The notes below the pieces were generated by a model. The model was not told where the DNA came from. It worked only from the letters and a program-made list of their open reading frames with translations, and ran no database searches. A stretch of 64,000 nucleotides of DNA, taken from Cyanobacteriota bacterium (GTDB lineage: Bacteria > Cyanobacteriota > Cyanobacteriia > PCC-6307 > Cyanobiaceae). The DNA lies in NCBI GenBank assembly GCA_046052125.1, contig JBJOMY010000003.1, positions 224,001 to 288,000 of the forward strand, read 5' to 3'. Shown piece after piece: positions 33,195 to 43,094 of this stretch (within the stretch, counting starts at the first letter, position 1; each line of letters begins with the position of its first letter). Both the position numbers and the translations under genes were made by a program.

Positions 33195-34663
33195 TCGCCG
33201 CGCCGCCGCTCCTCGAGCAGTTCACCTTCGGCGCTGAACAGCTGAACCTGCAGCGGCATCGCTCCGGCCGCATGGGTGCTGCAGGAGAGGCAGGGATCAA
33301 AGCAGCGGATTCCAGCTTCCACTCGGTTCAGCAGCGCTTCGCTGAGGTTGGTGCCGCTGAGGTAGTGCCGCGCGATCTGGGTGATCGTGCGGTTCATGGC
33401 GCTGTTGTTCTGGCCGGTGGCGATGATCAGATTCACGCGCTCGATCAGGCCGTTTGCATCCACGCGGTAGTGGTGCAGCAAGGTGCCGCGCGGTGCCTCA
33501 CTCACCCCGACGGCCTCGTGGCAGTTCACCCCCGCGCGGGCCCGCACATGGGTTGCCGTGATCTCGGGATCGTCGAGCAGGTGCTCCATCTGCTCCAGGC
33601 AGGCCACGATCTCAATCAAGCGGGCCAGGTGATTCAGAAACGAGGCGGTCACCACCCGACCACCGCGCTGCCTCAGTTCCAGCAGCTCTCGATCGGCTCG
33701 CTCGGTGCCGATGCGCTCGCAGAGGTTGAGCCGGGCCAGTGGTCCCACCCGGTAGCTGCCGGCTTCTGGGCCCAGGTGCTTGATGTACGGGAATTTCAGA
33801 TAGCTCCATGGCTCGACCGCCTCGGCCAAAAAGGAGGCGTAGTCGTCTTCCTGGAGGCCATCGGCCACCAGGGAGCCGTCGCTGGCCATCACGCGGATCC
33901 CGCCGCAGTTGCGCCCGCCTGAATGCTCCCAAAGGCCATCGCGATTCACCAGACCCATGAACAGCGACGGGAACTGGCCGAACACCTCCAGCTCCTCTTG
34001 TAGCTGGCTGTCGAGCAACTGTTTGAACAGGGTCAGCCCCTGTGCTGCGATGGCGAAGGCCTCCGGCAGCCCTGCGCGGATCTGGTCGCGGGTCTCGGCG
34101 TTCAGGGGGCTACGCACCCCACCGGGCACGGCCCAGGCGGCGTGGATTTTGCGGCCCCCAAGGGCTTCGATCACTCCCTGGCCGAACTGGCGCAGGCGGA
34201 TGCCACCGCGGGCCAGCTCGGGGTTGGCGGCAATCAGCCCGAAAATGTTGCGCCGTTCGGGGTCGCTGTCCCAGCCCAGCAGGAAATCAGGGCTGCTCAG
34301 ATGGAAGAACGAGAGCGCGTGCGACTGGGTGATCTGCGCCAGGTTCATCAGCCGCCGCAACTTCTCTGCGGCCGGCGGAATCGTGACTGCCAAGAGCTTG
34401 TCGCCGGTGGCGGCCGCCGCCAGCAGGTGGCTCACTGGACAGATGCCGCAGATCCGGGCGGTGATCGCTGCCATTTCCGTGAATGGCCTGCCCTCGCAGA
34501 ACTTCTCGAACCCCCGGTATTCCGTGACGTGGAAGCGGGCGGTGTCCACCGCGCCCTGGTCGTCCAGGTGGATCGAGATCTTGGCGTGACCCTCGATTCG
34601 AGTCACCGGATCGATCGTGATCCGCCGGGTGGGGGTTGGTTCGGGGCCTGGTGGAGCGGTCAT
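33191..34663 (-). CDS. hoxH: Bidirectional [NiFe]-hydrogenase large subunit
   Basis: [21 protein letters not shown] (L1), DPCLSCSTH (L2) plus a cleavable C-terminal tail. Confidence 0.98.
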   Translation of the reverse strand: MTAPPGPEPTPTRRITIDPVTRIEGHAKISIHLDDQGAVDTARFHVTEYRGFEKFCEGRPFTEMAAITARICGICPVSHLLAAAATGDKLLAVTIPPAAEKLRRLMNLAQITQSHALSFFHLSSPDFLLGWDSDPERRNIFGLIAANPELARGGIRLRQFGQGVIEALGGRKIHAAWAVPGGVRSPLNAETRDQIRAGLPEAFAIAAQGLTLFKQLLDSQLQEELEVFGQFPSLFMGLVNRDGLWEHSGGRNCGGIRVMASDGSLVADGLQEDDYASFLAEAVEPWSYLKFPYIKHLGPEAGSYRVGPLARLNLCERIGTERADRELLELRQRGGRVVTASFLNHLARLIEIVACLEQMEHLLDDPEITATHVRARAGVNCHEAVGVSEAPRGTLLHHYRVDANGLIERVNLIIATGQNNSAMNRTITQIARHYLSGTNLSEALLNRVEAGIRCFDPCLSCSTHAAGAMPLQVQLFSAEGELLEERRRGE

Positions 34664-34673
34664 GTTGATGGCC

Positions 34674-35237
34674 TCAACCGAAGCGGATCTGATCGCTGCC
34701 GCTGAGTTGCGGTTGCTCACCGCGCAGCAACGGCTCCAGCGCTGCTCGGATCCGTTCCGCTGAAGGCGGGCAGCCGGGGAGATACACCTCCACCGGCACC
34801 AACTCATGCACCGGGAGCACCCGCTCCAGGAGCTCCGGCACGATCCCGGGCGCATGGGGCAGCTGGCCGCTGCCATCGGCCAATTCCAGGTAGCCCCGCC
34901 GCAGCACCGGATCACTGCCCCGCAGCATGTTGCGCATGCCTGGGATGTTGGCGGTGATGGCGCAGTCGCCGAAGCTCACCAGGGTTCGGGTGTTAGCCCG
35001 CACCTGATGCAGCAGCGCAAGGTTGTCGGTGTTGGCCACGCCCCCCTCCACCAGGGCGATGTCCACATCGCGGGGGTAGATCTTTTGGTCGGATGCCACC
35101 GGGCTGTAGACGATCTCAGCCAGCTGGGCGAGCTCGAGTAGCCACTCGTCGAGATCGAGAAACGACATGTGGCAGCCGGAGCAGCCCGCCAGCCACACCG
35201 TGGCCAGCCTCACTTTGTGCGGAGCCGTGTTGCTCAT
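34674..35237 (-). CDS. hoxY: Bidirectional hydrogenase small subunit
   Basis: [26 protein letters not shown]. Confidence 0.97.
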   Translation of the reverse strand: MSNTAPHKVRLATVWLAGCSGCHMSFLDLDEWLLELAQLAEIVYSPVASDQKIYPRDVDIALVEGGVANTDNLALLHQVRANTRTLVSFGDCAITANIPGMRNMLRGSDPVLRRGYLELADGSGQLPHAPGIVPELLERVLPVHELVPVEVYLPGCPPSAERIRAALEPLLRGEQPQLSGSDQIRFG

Positions 35238-35965
35238 GGCGTCCACTGCTGCTGGGTGCGTGCTTGCACCAGCGCCTGCAGCCGCTCGGGGTGGCCCTGT
35301 TTCTCTTCGCTGGTGTCGGCCTTGTGGAACAGCGCACCCGTGGGGCAGACATCCACGCACTTACCGCAGTGGGTGCAGGCCTGCACCTCGCCCCAGGGTT
35401 CGCCCAGGCCGCTGATGATCTGGCAATGCTCGCCCCGCCAGCCCACATCCCACACGTGAGCTCCCTCCACCTCATCACACACCCGCACGCAGCGGGTGCA
35501 GAGGATGCAGCGGTTGTGGTCGAGCCCGAACTGGGCATGGGAGAGATCAACGCTCCGCTCAGGGAAGCGGTAGGGCAGGCGGCTGTGGTCCATGCCCACC
35601 TCCACCGCCAGGTTCTGGAGTTCGCAGTGGCCGTTGGCCACGCAGATGGCACACACGTGGTTGCCTTCGGTGAACAACAGCTCGACCACCGTGCGGCGGA
35701 TCTCCTGCAGCTGAGGGGTTTCAGTGGTCACGTGCATGCCTTCGGCAGCGGCCGTGACACAGGCGGCCTGCAGGTGGGGGTCACCCTGCCCTTCCGATCC
35801 GCTCACCTCCACCAGGCAAAGCCGGCAGGCCGCCACCGCCGAAAGCCCATCGAGCTGGCAGAGGGTGGGGATGTGAATGCTGTGCTGGCGTGCGGCTTGC
35901 AGCAGCGTTGTGCCCGCAGGCACAGCCACATCACAGTTGTTGATCCGCAGGGTGACCACGCTCAC
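35234..35965 (-). CDS. hoxU: Diaphorase subunit HoxU
   Basis: IPTLC, ACRLCLVE, EGNHVCAICVANGHCELQ, CILCTRCVRVC, CTHCGKCVDVCP. Confidence 0.96.
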   Translation of the reverse strand: MSVVTLRINNCDVAVPAGTTLLQAARQHSIHIPTLCQLDGLSAVAACRLCLVEVSGSEGQGDPHLQAACVTAAAEGMHVTTETPQLQEIRRTVVELLFTEGNHVCAICVANGHCELQNLAVEVGMDHSRLPYRFPERSVDLSHAQFGLDHNRCILCTRCVRVCDEVEGAHVWDVGWRGEHCQIISGLGEPWGEVQACTHCGKCVDVCPTGALFHKADTSEEKQGHPERLQALVQARTQQQWTP

Positions 35966-37530
35966 GGCCCGACCTCCGCTGGCTCGAGCAGGGCCAGATA
36001 GTCGCCACGGAAATGGCGCAGGGTGCTGAGCACCGGCTTTGGAGCGCTCTGGCCCAGGCCGCAGAGGCTGGAGGCGGCCACGGTGTGGCACAGCGATTCC
36101 AGCTGGCTCAGATCCGCCAGGCAGCCCCGCCGCTCCAGCAGCTTCCGCAGCAGCAGTTCCAGTTGAACGGTGCCAGCGCGGCAGGGGATGCACTTGCCGC
36201 AGGATTCCTCGCGGCTGAAGGCGATGAAAAAGGCGGCGATGTCCACCATGTTGGTGGACTCATCCATCACCACCATTCCGCCTGAGCCCATGATCGTGCC
36301 AAGGCTCTTGAGGCTCTCGTAGTCCACGGGTGTGTCGAGGGCGCTGGCCGGAACGCAGCCGCCAGACGGGCCTCCGGTTTGCACCGCTTTGATCCGCCGG
36401 CCCGGGGGTGCCCCGCCGCCCATCGTCTCCACGATCGTGCGGAGTGTGGTGCCGATCGGCACCTCCAGCACGCCGCTGCGGCGCACATGGCCGGTGAGGG
36501 AGAACACCTTCGTACCGCTGCCGTAGGCCTCCACCCCCAGGCGCAGCAGGGCCGGAATCGTGCCGAAGGTTTCCACGTTGTTGATCAGGGTGGGCCTTCC
36601 GAACACGCCGCGCTCAGCCGGGTAGGGGGGCCGCGGCCGCGGAACCCCCCGCTGGCCCTCGATCGAGTGGATTAACGCTGTTTCCTCACCGCACACATAG
36701 GCGCCTGCCCCAACGCGCAGGTCGATGTCAAAGCTGAAACGGCTCCCTGCAATCGCCGCTCCGAGAAAGCCGCGGGCCTTGGCTGCTGCGATCGCTGCCT
36801 GCAGCCGCTCGATCGCCAGCGGATATTCCGCCCGCACGTAGATGAAGCCCTGTTCGGCTCCAACCGCAAACGCCGCGATCGCCATCCCCTCCAGCAGTGT
36901 GTGGGGATCCCCTTCCATCAAGGTGCGATCCATGAAGGCACCCGGGTCGCCCTCGTCGGCATTGCACACCACCACTTTCGTGTCGCCGGGCATGGCGGCC
37001 ACCGTGGCCCACTTCAGCCCCGTGGGGTAGCCGGCTCCCCCGCGGCCTCGCAGGCCGCTGCGGCGCACCGTATCGATCACCGACGCGGGGTTGTTCTGCT
37101 CCAGCACGCGCTCCAGCTGCTGATAGGCGCCGGCGGCCAGGGCATCGTCGATGCGGCCGGGATCGATGCGGCCGCACTGGGCCAGCACCAGCCGCCGTTG
37201 CAATCGCAGAAACGGCTCGTCGGGGTGAATGGCTCTGCTGCCTGGGGGATTCCAGTGGCTCAGCTCTCGATCCGTGGCGAGGGCCGCGTTGAGCGATTGG
37301 GCAACCTGCTGGCTAACGCCCTGTTCCAACGACAGCAAGCGGCTGTTGTGCTGTCCGTCGCCGTCAACGTCGATGCTGATCAGGGGGCCATCGCTGCAGG
37401 GGCCAAGGCAACCCACCTCCTTCACGCGCAACCCTCTGGGGCTGGCCGCGGCGGCGAGCTTTTGCTCGAGCTGCTTGCCGCCGCGGCTGCGGCAACTGGC
37501 CGCTGTGCACACCCGCAGGCAGCTGCCCAT
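35962..37530 (-). CDS. hoxF: Diaphorase flavoprotein subunit HoxF
   Basis: N-terminal thioredoxin-like 2Fe-2S (CTAASC, GCLGPC); GLRGRGGAG; CNADEGDPG; CGEETAL; ESCGKCIPCR. Confidence 0.96.
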   Translation of the reverse strand: MGSCLRVCTAASCRSRGGKQLEQKLAAAASPRGLRVKEVGCLGPCSDGPLISIDVDGDGQHNSRLLSLEQGVSQQVAQSLNAALATDRELSHWNPPGSRAIHPDEPFLRLQRRLVLAQCGRIDPGRIDDALAAGAYQQLERVLEQNNPASVIDTVRRSGLRGRGGAGYPTGLKWATVAAMPGDTKVVVCNADEGDPGAFMDRTLMEGDPHTLLEGMAIAAFAVGAEQGFIYVRAEYPLAIERLQAAIAAAKARGFLGAAIAGSRFSFDIDLRVGAGAYVCGEETALIHSIEGQRGVPRPRPPYPAERGVFGRPTLINNVETFGTIPALLRLGVEAYGSGTKVFSLTGHVRRSGVLEVPIGTTLRTIVETMGGGAPPGRRIKAVQTGGPSGGCVPASALDTPVDYESLKSLGTIMGSGGMVVMDESTNMVDIAAFFIAFSREESCGKCIPCRAGTVQLELLLRKLLERRGCLADLSQLESLCHTVAASSLCGLGQSAPKPVLSTLRHFRGDYLALLEPAEVGP

Positions 37531-37994
37531 CACCTCAGCTCCCGCAAGCGCTGCAGCACTGAGCTGCCGCTCTGGTGATTCCACACCTCTCCATCCACCA
37601 CCACCAAAGGGGCACCGCTGCAGGTGCCGATGCAGCGCACGGTGCCCAGCTCCACGCCGAGCTCCTGCAGTGGCGCGCGCTGCAGCTCCTGCAGCAGGGG
37701 CGCCGCCCCCTGCACATGACAGGCGGTCCCTGTGCACACCAGGCAGCTGTGGCGTGCTGCTGGCTGGAAGCGAAACAGGTGATAGAAGCTGGCGGTGCCC
37801 TGCACCCGGCTGAAGGGCAGGTGCAGCCGCCGGGCGATATGGCGCAGCAACGGTTCGCTCAGATGGCCGTAATGCTGCTGGGCACTGTTGAGCACTTCGA
37901 TCAGGGCGTGCGCCTGATGGCCATGGCGTTGCAGCACAGGCTCGAGAGCAGCAAAGGCGGCTTCAGTGCTGAAGCCCGGCTTCAACGTCGGCAT
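37530..37994 (-). CDS. hoxE: HoxE (NuoE-like 2Fe-2S subunit)
   Basis: ASFYHLF, VCTGTACHVQG, RCIGTC. Confidence 0.94.
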   Translation of the reverse strand: MPTLKPGFSTEAAFAALEPVLQRHGHQAHALIEVLNSAQQHYGHLSEPLLRHIARRLHLPFSRVQGTASFYHLFRFQPAARHSCLVCTGTACHVQGAAPLLQELQRAPLQELGVELGTVRCIGTCSGAPLVVVDGEVWNHQSGSSVLQRLRELR

Positions 37995-38070
37995 GGCACG
38001 CCCCGGCCTGCTGTTTGCAAGCTAGGGAGGGCGGCCCGATCTGGCAGCTGCTGGAGCGCAGCGGTGTTGT

Positions 38071-40473
38071 TCAGCCCTGGTTGAGCTGCGCTTCGATGGC
38101 CGCCACCTTCAGGCGGGTGTTGATCACGGCGTCGGGGTTGAGGCTGATTGAGTCGATGCCTTCACGCACCAGCAGTTCGGCGAATTCCGGATGGTCGCTG
38201 GGGGCCTGGCCGCAGATGCCGATCTTGCGGCCGCAGCGTTTGGCGGTGCGGATCGCCATCCGAATCAGCTCCACCACAGCTTGGTTGCGCTCGTCGAATA
38301 GATCCGCCACCAGGGCCGAGTCACGGTCGAGCCCCAGGGTCAGCTGGGTGAGGTCGTTGGAGCCGATCGAGAAGCCATCAAAGCGTTCGGCAAACGCCTC
38401 GGCCGCGATCACATTGCTGGGGAGCTCACACATCACGTACAACTCCAGGCCGTTGTCTCCACGCACCAGTCCCTGGCGTGCCATCTCCGCCAGCACCCGA
38501 TCGCCCTCCTCGGGCGTGCGGCAGAAGGGCACCATTGGGATCACGTTGGTGAGCCCCATCTGCTCGCGTACGCGCCGCAGGGCGCGGCATTCCAGGGCAA
38601 ATGCCTCACGGAAGCCGGGTGCGTAATAGCGAGAGGCACCGCGCCAGCCGATCATCGGGTTCTCTTCGTTGGGCTCAAAGCTGCTGCCCCCGAGCAACTT
38701 GGCGTATTCATTGCTCTTGAAATCCGAGAAGCGCAGGATCACCGGACGGGGATGAAAGGCCGCGGCTAGCCGAGCCATGCCCTGGGCCAGCAGATCCACG
38801 TAGTAGTCGGCGGGATGGGCGTAGCCGGCTGTGAGGGCTGCGATCGCTTCGCGTTCGGCTGGATCCCGCAGCCGCTCGGGCTGCAGCAGGGCCATCGGGT
38901 GCACGCGGATGTGGTTGGCGATCACGAATTCCAGGCGCGCCAGACCAACGCCATCACAGGGGATGGCTGCCTGGCTGAAGGCCTCTTCGGGATTGCCCAC
39001 ATTCATCAGGATGCGGGTGCGTGTACTGGGCAGTTCGCCGATGTCGCGTTCGTCGACGCGGAACGCCAGGGCACCGCGATACACCCGCCCCTCATCTCCC
39101 TCACAGCAGCTGGCGGTGATCGTGTCGCCATCGCTGATGCGCTCGGTGGCATCGCCGGCGCCCACGATCGCGGTGATACCCATCTCGCGGGCAATGATCG
39201 CTGCGTGGCAGGTGCGGCCGCCCTGGTTGGTGATCACGCCGCTGGCCCGTTTGAGGATCGGTTCCCAATCCGGGTCGGTGCGCTCGGTGACGAGCAGATC
39301 CCCGGTTTGGAAGCGCTGGATTTCGCTGGGGTGCCGCAGGATTCGGGCTCGGCCGCTGCTCACGGAAGCGCCAATCGCTCGGCCGGTGCAGAGCAGTTCT
39401 GCCTGGTGTGGTTCCAGATGCCAGCTGCGCAGCAGGTTGGTGCTGCGGCGCGATTCCACCGTTTCCGGCCTGGCCTGCAGGATGAACAGCTCACCGCTGA
39501 TGCCGTCCTTGGCCCATTCGATGTCCATCGGTGTGGGCTGCCCGCGGCGCTCGCTGTAGTGCCGCTCGATCCGGCAGGCCCAGCGCGCCAGTTGCAGAGC
39601 TTCCTCTTGGCTGAGGGCGTAGCGCGTGCGATCTTCCGCAGGAACCTCCACGTTGCGAGTGGAGCCCTGATCGCCGTAGATCATCCGGATCGCCTTGCTG
39701 CCGAGCCGTTGGCTCAGGATTGGCGCGAAGCCCTGCTCCAGGGTGGGTTTGAAGATCAGATATTCATCGGGGTTTACCGCCCCTTGCACCACGTTTTCGC
39801 CCAAGCCGTAAGCGGCCGTGAGCAGCACGGCATTGCGGAAGCCTGTTTCCGTATCGATGCTGAACATCACGCCTGAGCAGGCCCGATCGGCGCGCACCAT
39901 CCGCTGCACGCCGATCGAGAGCGCCACCTCGAAGTGATCGAAGCCGTTGATCTGGCGGTAGGAGATGGCGCGATCGGTGAACAGAGACGCGAAGCAGCGC
40001 CGGCAGGCCGCCAGCAACGCCGCCTCGCCCTGCACGTTGAGGTAGGTCTCCTGTTGGCCAGCGAAGGAGGCGTCGGGCAGGTCTTCGGCGGTGGCGCTGG
40101 AGCGCACCGCCACGGACGCTGCCTCAGAGGCTCCTGCAACATCCAGTTGCCGGTAGGCCTGCAGGATCGCCTGCTCGAGATCAGGTGGCAGAGCAGCGTT
40201 CAGCAGTAAGGAGCGGGCCGCTGTGCCGGCAGCCTGAAGCTGAGCGATGTCATGGCCATCCAGTCCATCAAGGATGGTGTGCAGCTCCTGCTGCAGCTGT
40301 CCGCTGCTGATGAAGTGCCGGTAGGCCGCTGCGGTGGTGGCGAAGCCGCCGGGAACCCTCACCCCCTCCGCCGATAGCTCGCGGATCATCTCCCCCAGGG
40401 AGGCGTTCTTGCCCCCTACATCGCCGATGGCCTCAAGGCCAACGGCCTCAAGGGGGACAACCAGCTCAGCCAC
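38071..40473 (-). CDS. ppsA: Phosphoenolpyruvate synthase
   Basis: VGGKNASLGEM, AVRSSATAEDLPDASFAGQQET, GGRTCHAAI (phospho-His), FSDFKSNEY, GFSIGSNDLTQ, GICGQAPSD. Confidence 0.98.
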   Translation of the reverse strand: MAELVVPLEAVGLEAIGDVGGKNASLGEMIRELSAEGVRVPGGFATTAAAYRHFISSGQLQQELHTILDGLDGHDIAQLQAAGTAARSLLLNAALPPDLEQAILQAYRQLDVAGASEAASVAVRSSATAEDLPDASFAGQQETYLNVQGEAALLAACRRCFASLFTDRAISYRQINGFDHFEVALSIGVQRMVRADRACSGVMFSIDTETGFRNAVLLTAAYGLGENVVQGAVNPDEYLIFKPTLEQGFAPILSQRLGSKAIRMIYGDQGSTRNVEVPAEDRTRYALSQEEALQLARWACRIERHYSERRGQPTPMDIEWAKDGISGELFILQARPETVESRRSTNLLRSWHLEPHQAELLCTGRAIGASVSSGRARILRHPSEIQRFQTGDLLVTERTDPDWEPILKRASGVITNQGGRTCHAAIIAREMGITAIVGAGDATERISDGDTITASCCEGDEGRVYRGALAFRVDERDIGELPSTRTRILMNVGNPEEAFSQAAIPCDGVGLARLEFVIANHIRVHPMALLQPERLRDPAEREAIAALTAGYAHPADYYVDLLAQGMARLAAAFHPRPVILRFSDFKSNEYAKLLGGSSFEPNEENPMIGWRGASRYYAPGFREAFALECRALRRVREQMGLTNVIPMVPFCRTPEEGDRVLAEMARQGLVRGDNGLELYVMCELPSNVIAAEAFAERFDGFSIGSNDLTQLTLGLDRDSALVADLFDERNQAVVELIRMAIRTAKRCGRKIGICGQAPSDHPEFAELLVREGIDSISLNPDAVINTRLKVAAIEAQLNQG

Positions 40474-41647
40474 GGCTCAGTTGCAGCCGGGCCGACGGCG
40501 GCACCGCAGGCCCCAGGTCGAACTGACTGCTGGCCGCTTCCGGCCGCACCTTGGTCCCCTGGGCCCGCAGCTTCAGGGCCGTGCAGAGCGGTTGGGGTTT
40601 GGCATTGGCGCTGAACCACTGCAGATCCCACCCCGCACGGCCTCCTGCGTTCACAGCTGCCAGAGCCGCCATCAGGCCGCTGTCGTAGCCAGCGCTTTCC
40701 ACCACGCCAGGCTTGTAGCCCCAGCGCTGCTCAAAGCGTTGGGCAAAGGGCTTCCAACCGGGGCCGCGGCTCAGGGGCAGCACGCCGATCTGCTCGATCG
40801 CGAGGGGCTTCTCCACTGGCGCAGTCCAGGCCAGCAGCATCGTTTGGGGCCAGCGGGTGGCGCGCACGGCTTGCCCCAGCTCACTCCCGGGCTGCGTGAT
40901 CACCACCAAAGCCGGCGGCCGGTACCAATCCACATCACTGGCCAGTTGCTCCAGGGCGGCCTTGTCATCGCCGGCCAGCGCGATCGGTTCGGCCGTCGGG
41001 CCGATCACTTGGCCGTTGCCGTTGGCAAAGCTGGTCACAAACCGATCGGAGAGGGTCCGGCTTTCGCTGCTGCGATCGCGCACCACCATCACCCGCTTGA
41101 TCTGCTGCCCCTGCAGCGCCTGGGCAAGGCGGTCAGCCTCCAGGCTGCGGCCGGGCATTAAGGGCCAAAGACGATCGGAGCCCCGCAGCTGCGGCAAGCC
41201 ATCCAGCGACTGGCCGCGCTGCAGGGGCAGCAGCACATTCAGGCGTTGCTGATCAGCCAGCTGGCCATAGGCCGCAAGAGGTGCTGCCGGGGGGGCGAGC
41301 AGCAACGAGCTTCTAGGGGCCGCCTGCACCCGTGCGAGCGGATCAGCGCCGGGTGGGAGCCAACCCACCTGCAGCGATGGGGGTTCGCTGCCGCAACGGC
41401 GTGTTTCATCCATCGCCAGGCCATAACCACGCCGCAGCCCATCGCCCAAGCCTGCGAGCAGCCCTTCACTCGGCAGCAGCATGCGCACATCACTGCGCAG
41501 CGGTGTGCTGGCTGCCAGGGTTTGGCTGCCCAGCAGCGCGGCCAACAAACCAACGGCGCCAAGCCAGCGCGCAGGTGTCTCGCGGTTGCGCAGAACCCCC
41601 AGCGCAGCAGGCCGGGTGGCGGTGATCGGCTGTTCTGCAGTGGTCAT
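40466..41647 (-). CDS. Periplasmic-binding-protein type 1 fold (branched-chain amino acid binding-like) protein
   Basis: Signal-like N-terminus; LLP..G.LAGLG..LRRGY.LA and FAQRFEQRWGYKPG...AGYD patterns. Confidence 0.6.
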   Translation of the reverse strand: MTTAEQPITATRPAALGVLRNRETPARWLGAVGLLAALLGSQTLAASTPLRSDVRMLLPSEGLLAGLGDGLRRGYGLAMDETRRCGSEPPSLQVGWLPPGADPLARVQAAPRSSLLLAPPAAPLAAYGQLADQQRLNVLLPLQRGQSLDGLPQLRGSDRLWPLMPGRSLEADRLAQALQGQQIKRVMVVRDRSSESRTLSDRFVTSFANGNGQVIGPTAEPIALAGDDKAALEQLASDVDWYRPPALVVITQPGSELGQAVRATRWPQTMLLAWTAPVEKPLAIEQIGVLPLSRGPGWKPFAQRFEQRWGYKPGVVESAGYDSGLMAALAAVNAGGRAGWDLQWFSANAKPQPLCTALKLRAQGTKVRPEAASSQFDLGPAVPPSARLQLSRG

Positions 41648-41764
41648 GGAGTGGTCATGGCCGGCACCGTCCAGCCGTTGAAAGGTAGGTGGATTTCCCT
41701 GACTAGGCTCAGCCTTTCAACAGTTGATCGCATGCAGTCCCGCCTGAACGCCTGGGGCCACCAG

Positions 41765-42496
41765 ATGGGCTGCAGATTCGGCTCCGCTGTCAGCTCCCTG
41801 GTGCTGAGTGCTGGTCTGGCGGTGGCTGCTGCGGGCGTGGCGGCAGATCCGGCTCTGGCGATTCCTGAAGCCGAGGCGATCAAGAAGCTGCAGGTGGTGC
41901 CGGTGTTTGTGATCACCGACGCCAACGGTGTGCCCCTGCCGATTCCCCAGGAGAAACAGCTGGTGCTGCCGCTCTATTTAGAGAGCGCCAAGGCCAATCA
42001 AGAACTCGCCGCCCTCAACAAGAGCAACCCCAGCCTCAAGGCTGGGGTGGTGGCTCTGCCCCTCAACGTGATGAACGAGAAGGTGGTGGAGCTCAACAAG
42101 CAGCTCAAGGACAAGAGCAAGCCCCTGGTGGCTCCGATCCTGGGCAACGACGGTGATCGCACCCAGGCGATCAAGCTCCTCAAGGAGCAGGGCCTCACGG
42201 AGAAGCAGATCCGTGAGGGCCTGAATGTGCCGGTGTTCTTCACCAAACCCTTCCTCACGATCAAAACGCCCGAGGGTCCTCGCGGTGTGTTCTTCCTCAG
42301 CTACGAGAATCTCGAGAACGCCCTGGCCCAGATGCCTGTGGCTGAGCGTCAGAAGCTGAAGCCACAGGTGGCTGATCTCACCGCCGTGCTGCGCGAGATC
42401 ATCAACGCCCCCAATGACAACTACACGATCTTCCCGACCCCCGAGTACTTCCGTCTGGTGAAAGAGAACCAGGGCAAGACCAAGCCGGCCCAGTAA
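41765..42496 (+). CDS. Tic22-family protein
   Basis: ALAIPEAEAIKKLQVVPVFVITDANGVPL; NVPVFF; VFFLSYENL. Start ATG 41765 or 41732. Confidence 0.85.
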   Translation: MGCRFGSAVSSLVLSAGLAVAAAGVAADPALAIPEAEAIKKLQVVPVFVITDANGVPLPIPQEKQLVLPLYLESAKANQELAALNKSNPSLKAGVVALPLNVMNEKVVELNKQLKDKSKPLVAPILGNDGDRTQAIKLLKEQGLTEKQIREGLNVPVFFTKPFLTIKTPEGPRGVFFLSYENLENALAQMPVAERQKLKPQVADLTAVLREIINAPNDNYTIFPTPEYFRLVKENQGKTKPAQ

Positions 42497-42503
42497 GTCA
42501 AGG

Positions 42504-42722
42504 TCAGTCGTTGGGGGGCGGGTTCTGCTCCCCTTCCGGCTGTTGTTCAGGCAGAAGCTGAGCGAGCAGTCCGCCGGCCATCAGCGCTACACCGATCACC
42601 AGGGCCAGGCGTTGATTCTCCGCTGCAGCGGCATCACCCCAAACAGCTGCCGCCAGGAAGGCTGCCCCAAGCAGCAGGCAGGGCACCAACACGATGCCTT
42701 TGGCCGTGCGATTGATGCTCAT
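42504..42722 (-). CDS. Small 2-TM membrane protein (GIVxVP motif)
   Basis: KGIVLVPCLLLG; two hydrophobic helices. Confidence 0.75.
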   Translation of the reverse strand: MSINRTAKGIVLVPCLLLGAAFLAAAVWGDAAAAENQRLALVIGVALMAGGLLAQLLPEQQPEGEQNPPPND

Positions 42723-42728
42723 CGCCGC

Positions 42729-43094
42729 TCAGCAGCCGGGCTGCGCATTGGCGAGCCCGGCTGCCACCAGGCCGGCGCCGAGGTCGATGTCTGCTGAGTG
42801 ATCTGCTGCACCGAGGCGCTGCACCCGTGCCACCAGGGTGCCGTTGTCGTTACCCACCGGGCGCAGGTTCACCTTGGTGCGGCGGGGCAACTCGCTGCGC
42901 AGCCAGGCCACCGCCGCGGAATCCCCATCCGGCGGGATGGTTAAGCAGGCCAGCTCCACGGTGTAGGTGCGGTTGTGGTCGCCCACCTGCAGCACGGTGC
43001 CGCTGCGCACCTGCAGCACTTCAGCGGCCTGCACGCCGGCAGCACCCAGCAGCAGCACGCAGGCCATCAGGCCCGACAACAACCAGCGCCGCAT
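42729..43094 (-). CDS. Staphylococcal-nuclease-fold (thermonuclease-like) secreted protein
   Basis: Signal peptide; AEVLQVRSGTVLQVGD, VELAC, LVARV, LVAAGLA; start overlaps the ilvB stop. Confidence 0.75.
   Translation of the reverse strand: MRRWLLSGLMACVLLLGAAGVQAAEVLQVRSGTVLQVGDHNRTYTVELACLTIPPDGDSAAVAWLRSELPRRTKVNLRPVGNDNGTLVARVQRLGAADHSADIDLGAGLVAAGLANAQPGC

Noticed and set aside
24560..37737. Long N-terminal extensions on ORF-track calls for DHODH-like, nifJ, hypA, hoxH, hoxY, hoxU and hoxF
   Set aside because: The extensions overlap upstream genes; the true starts coincide with upstream stop codons and family-typical N-termini.
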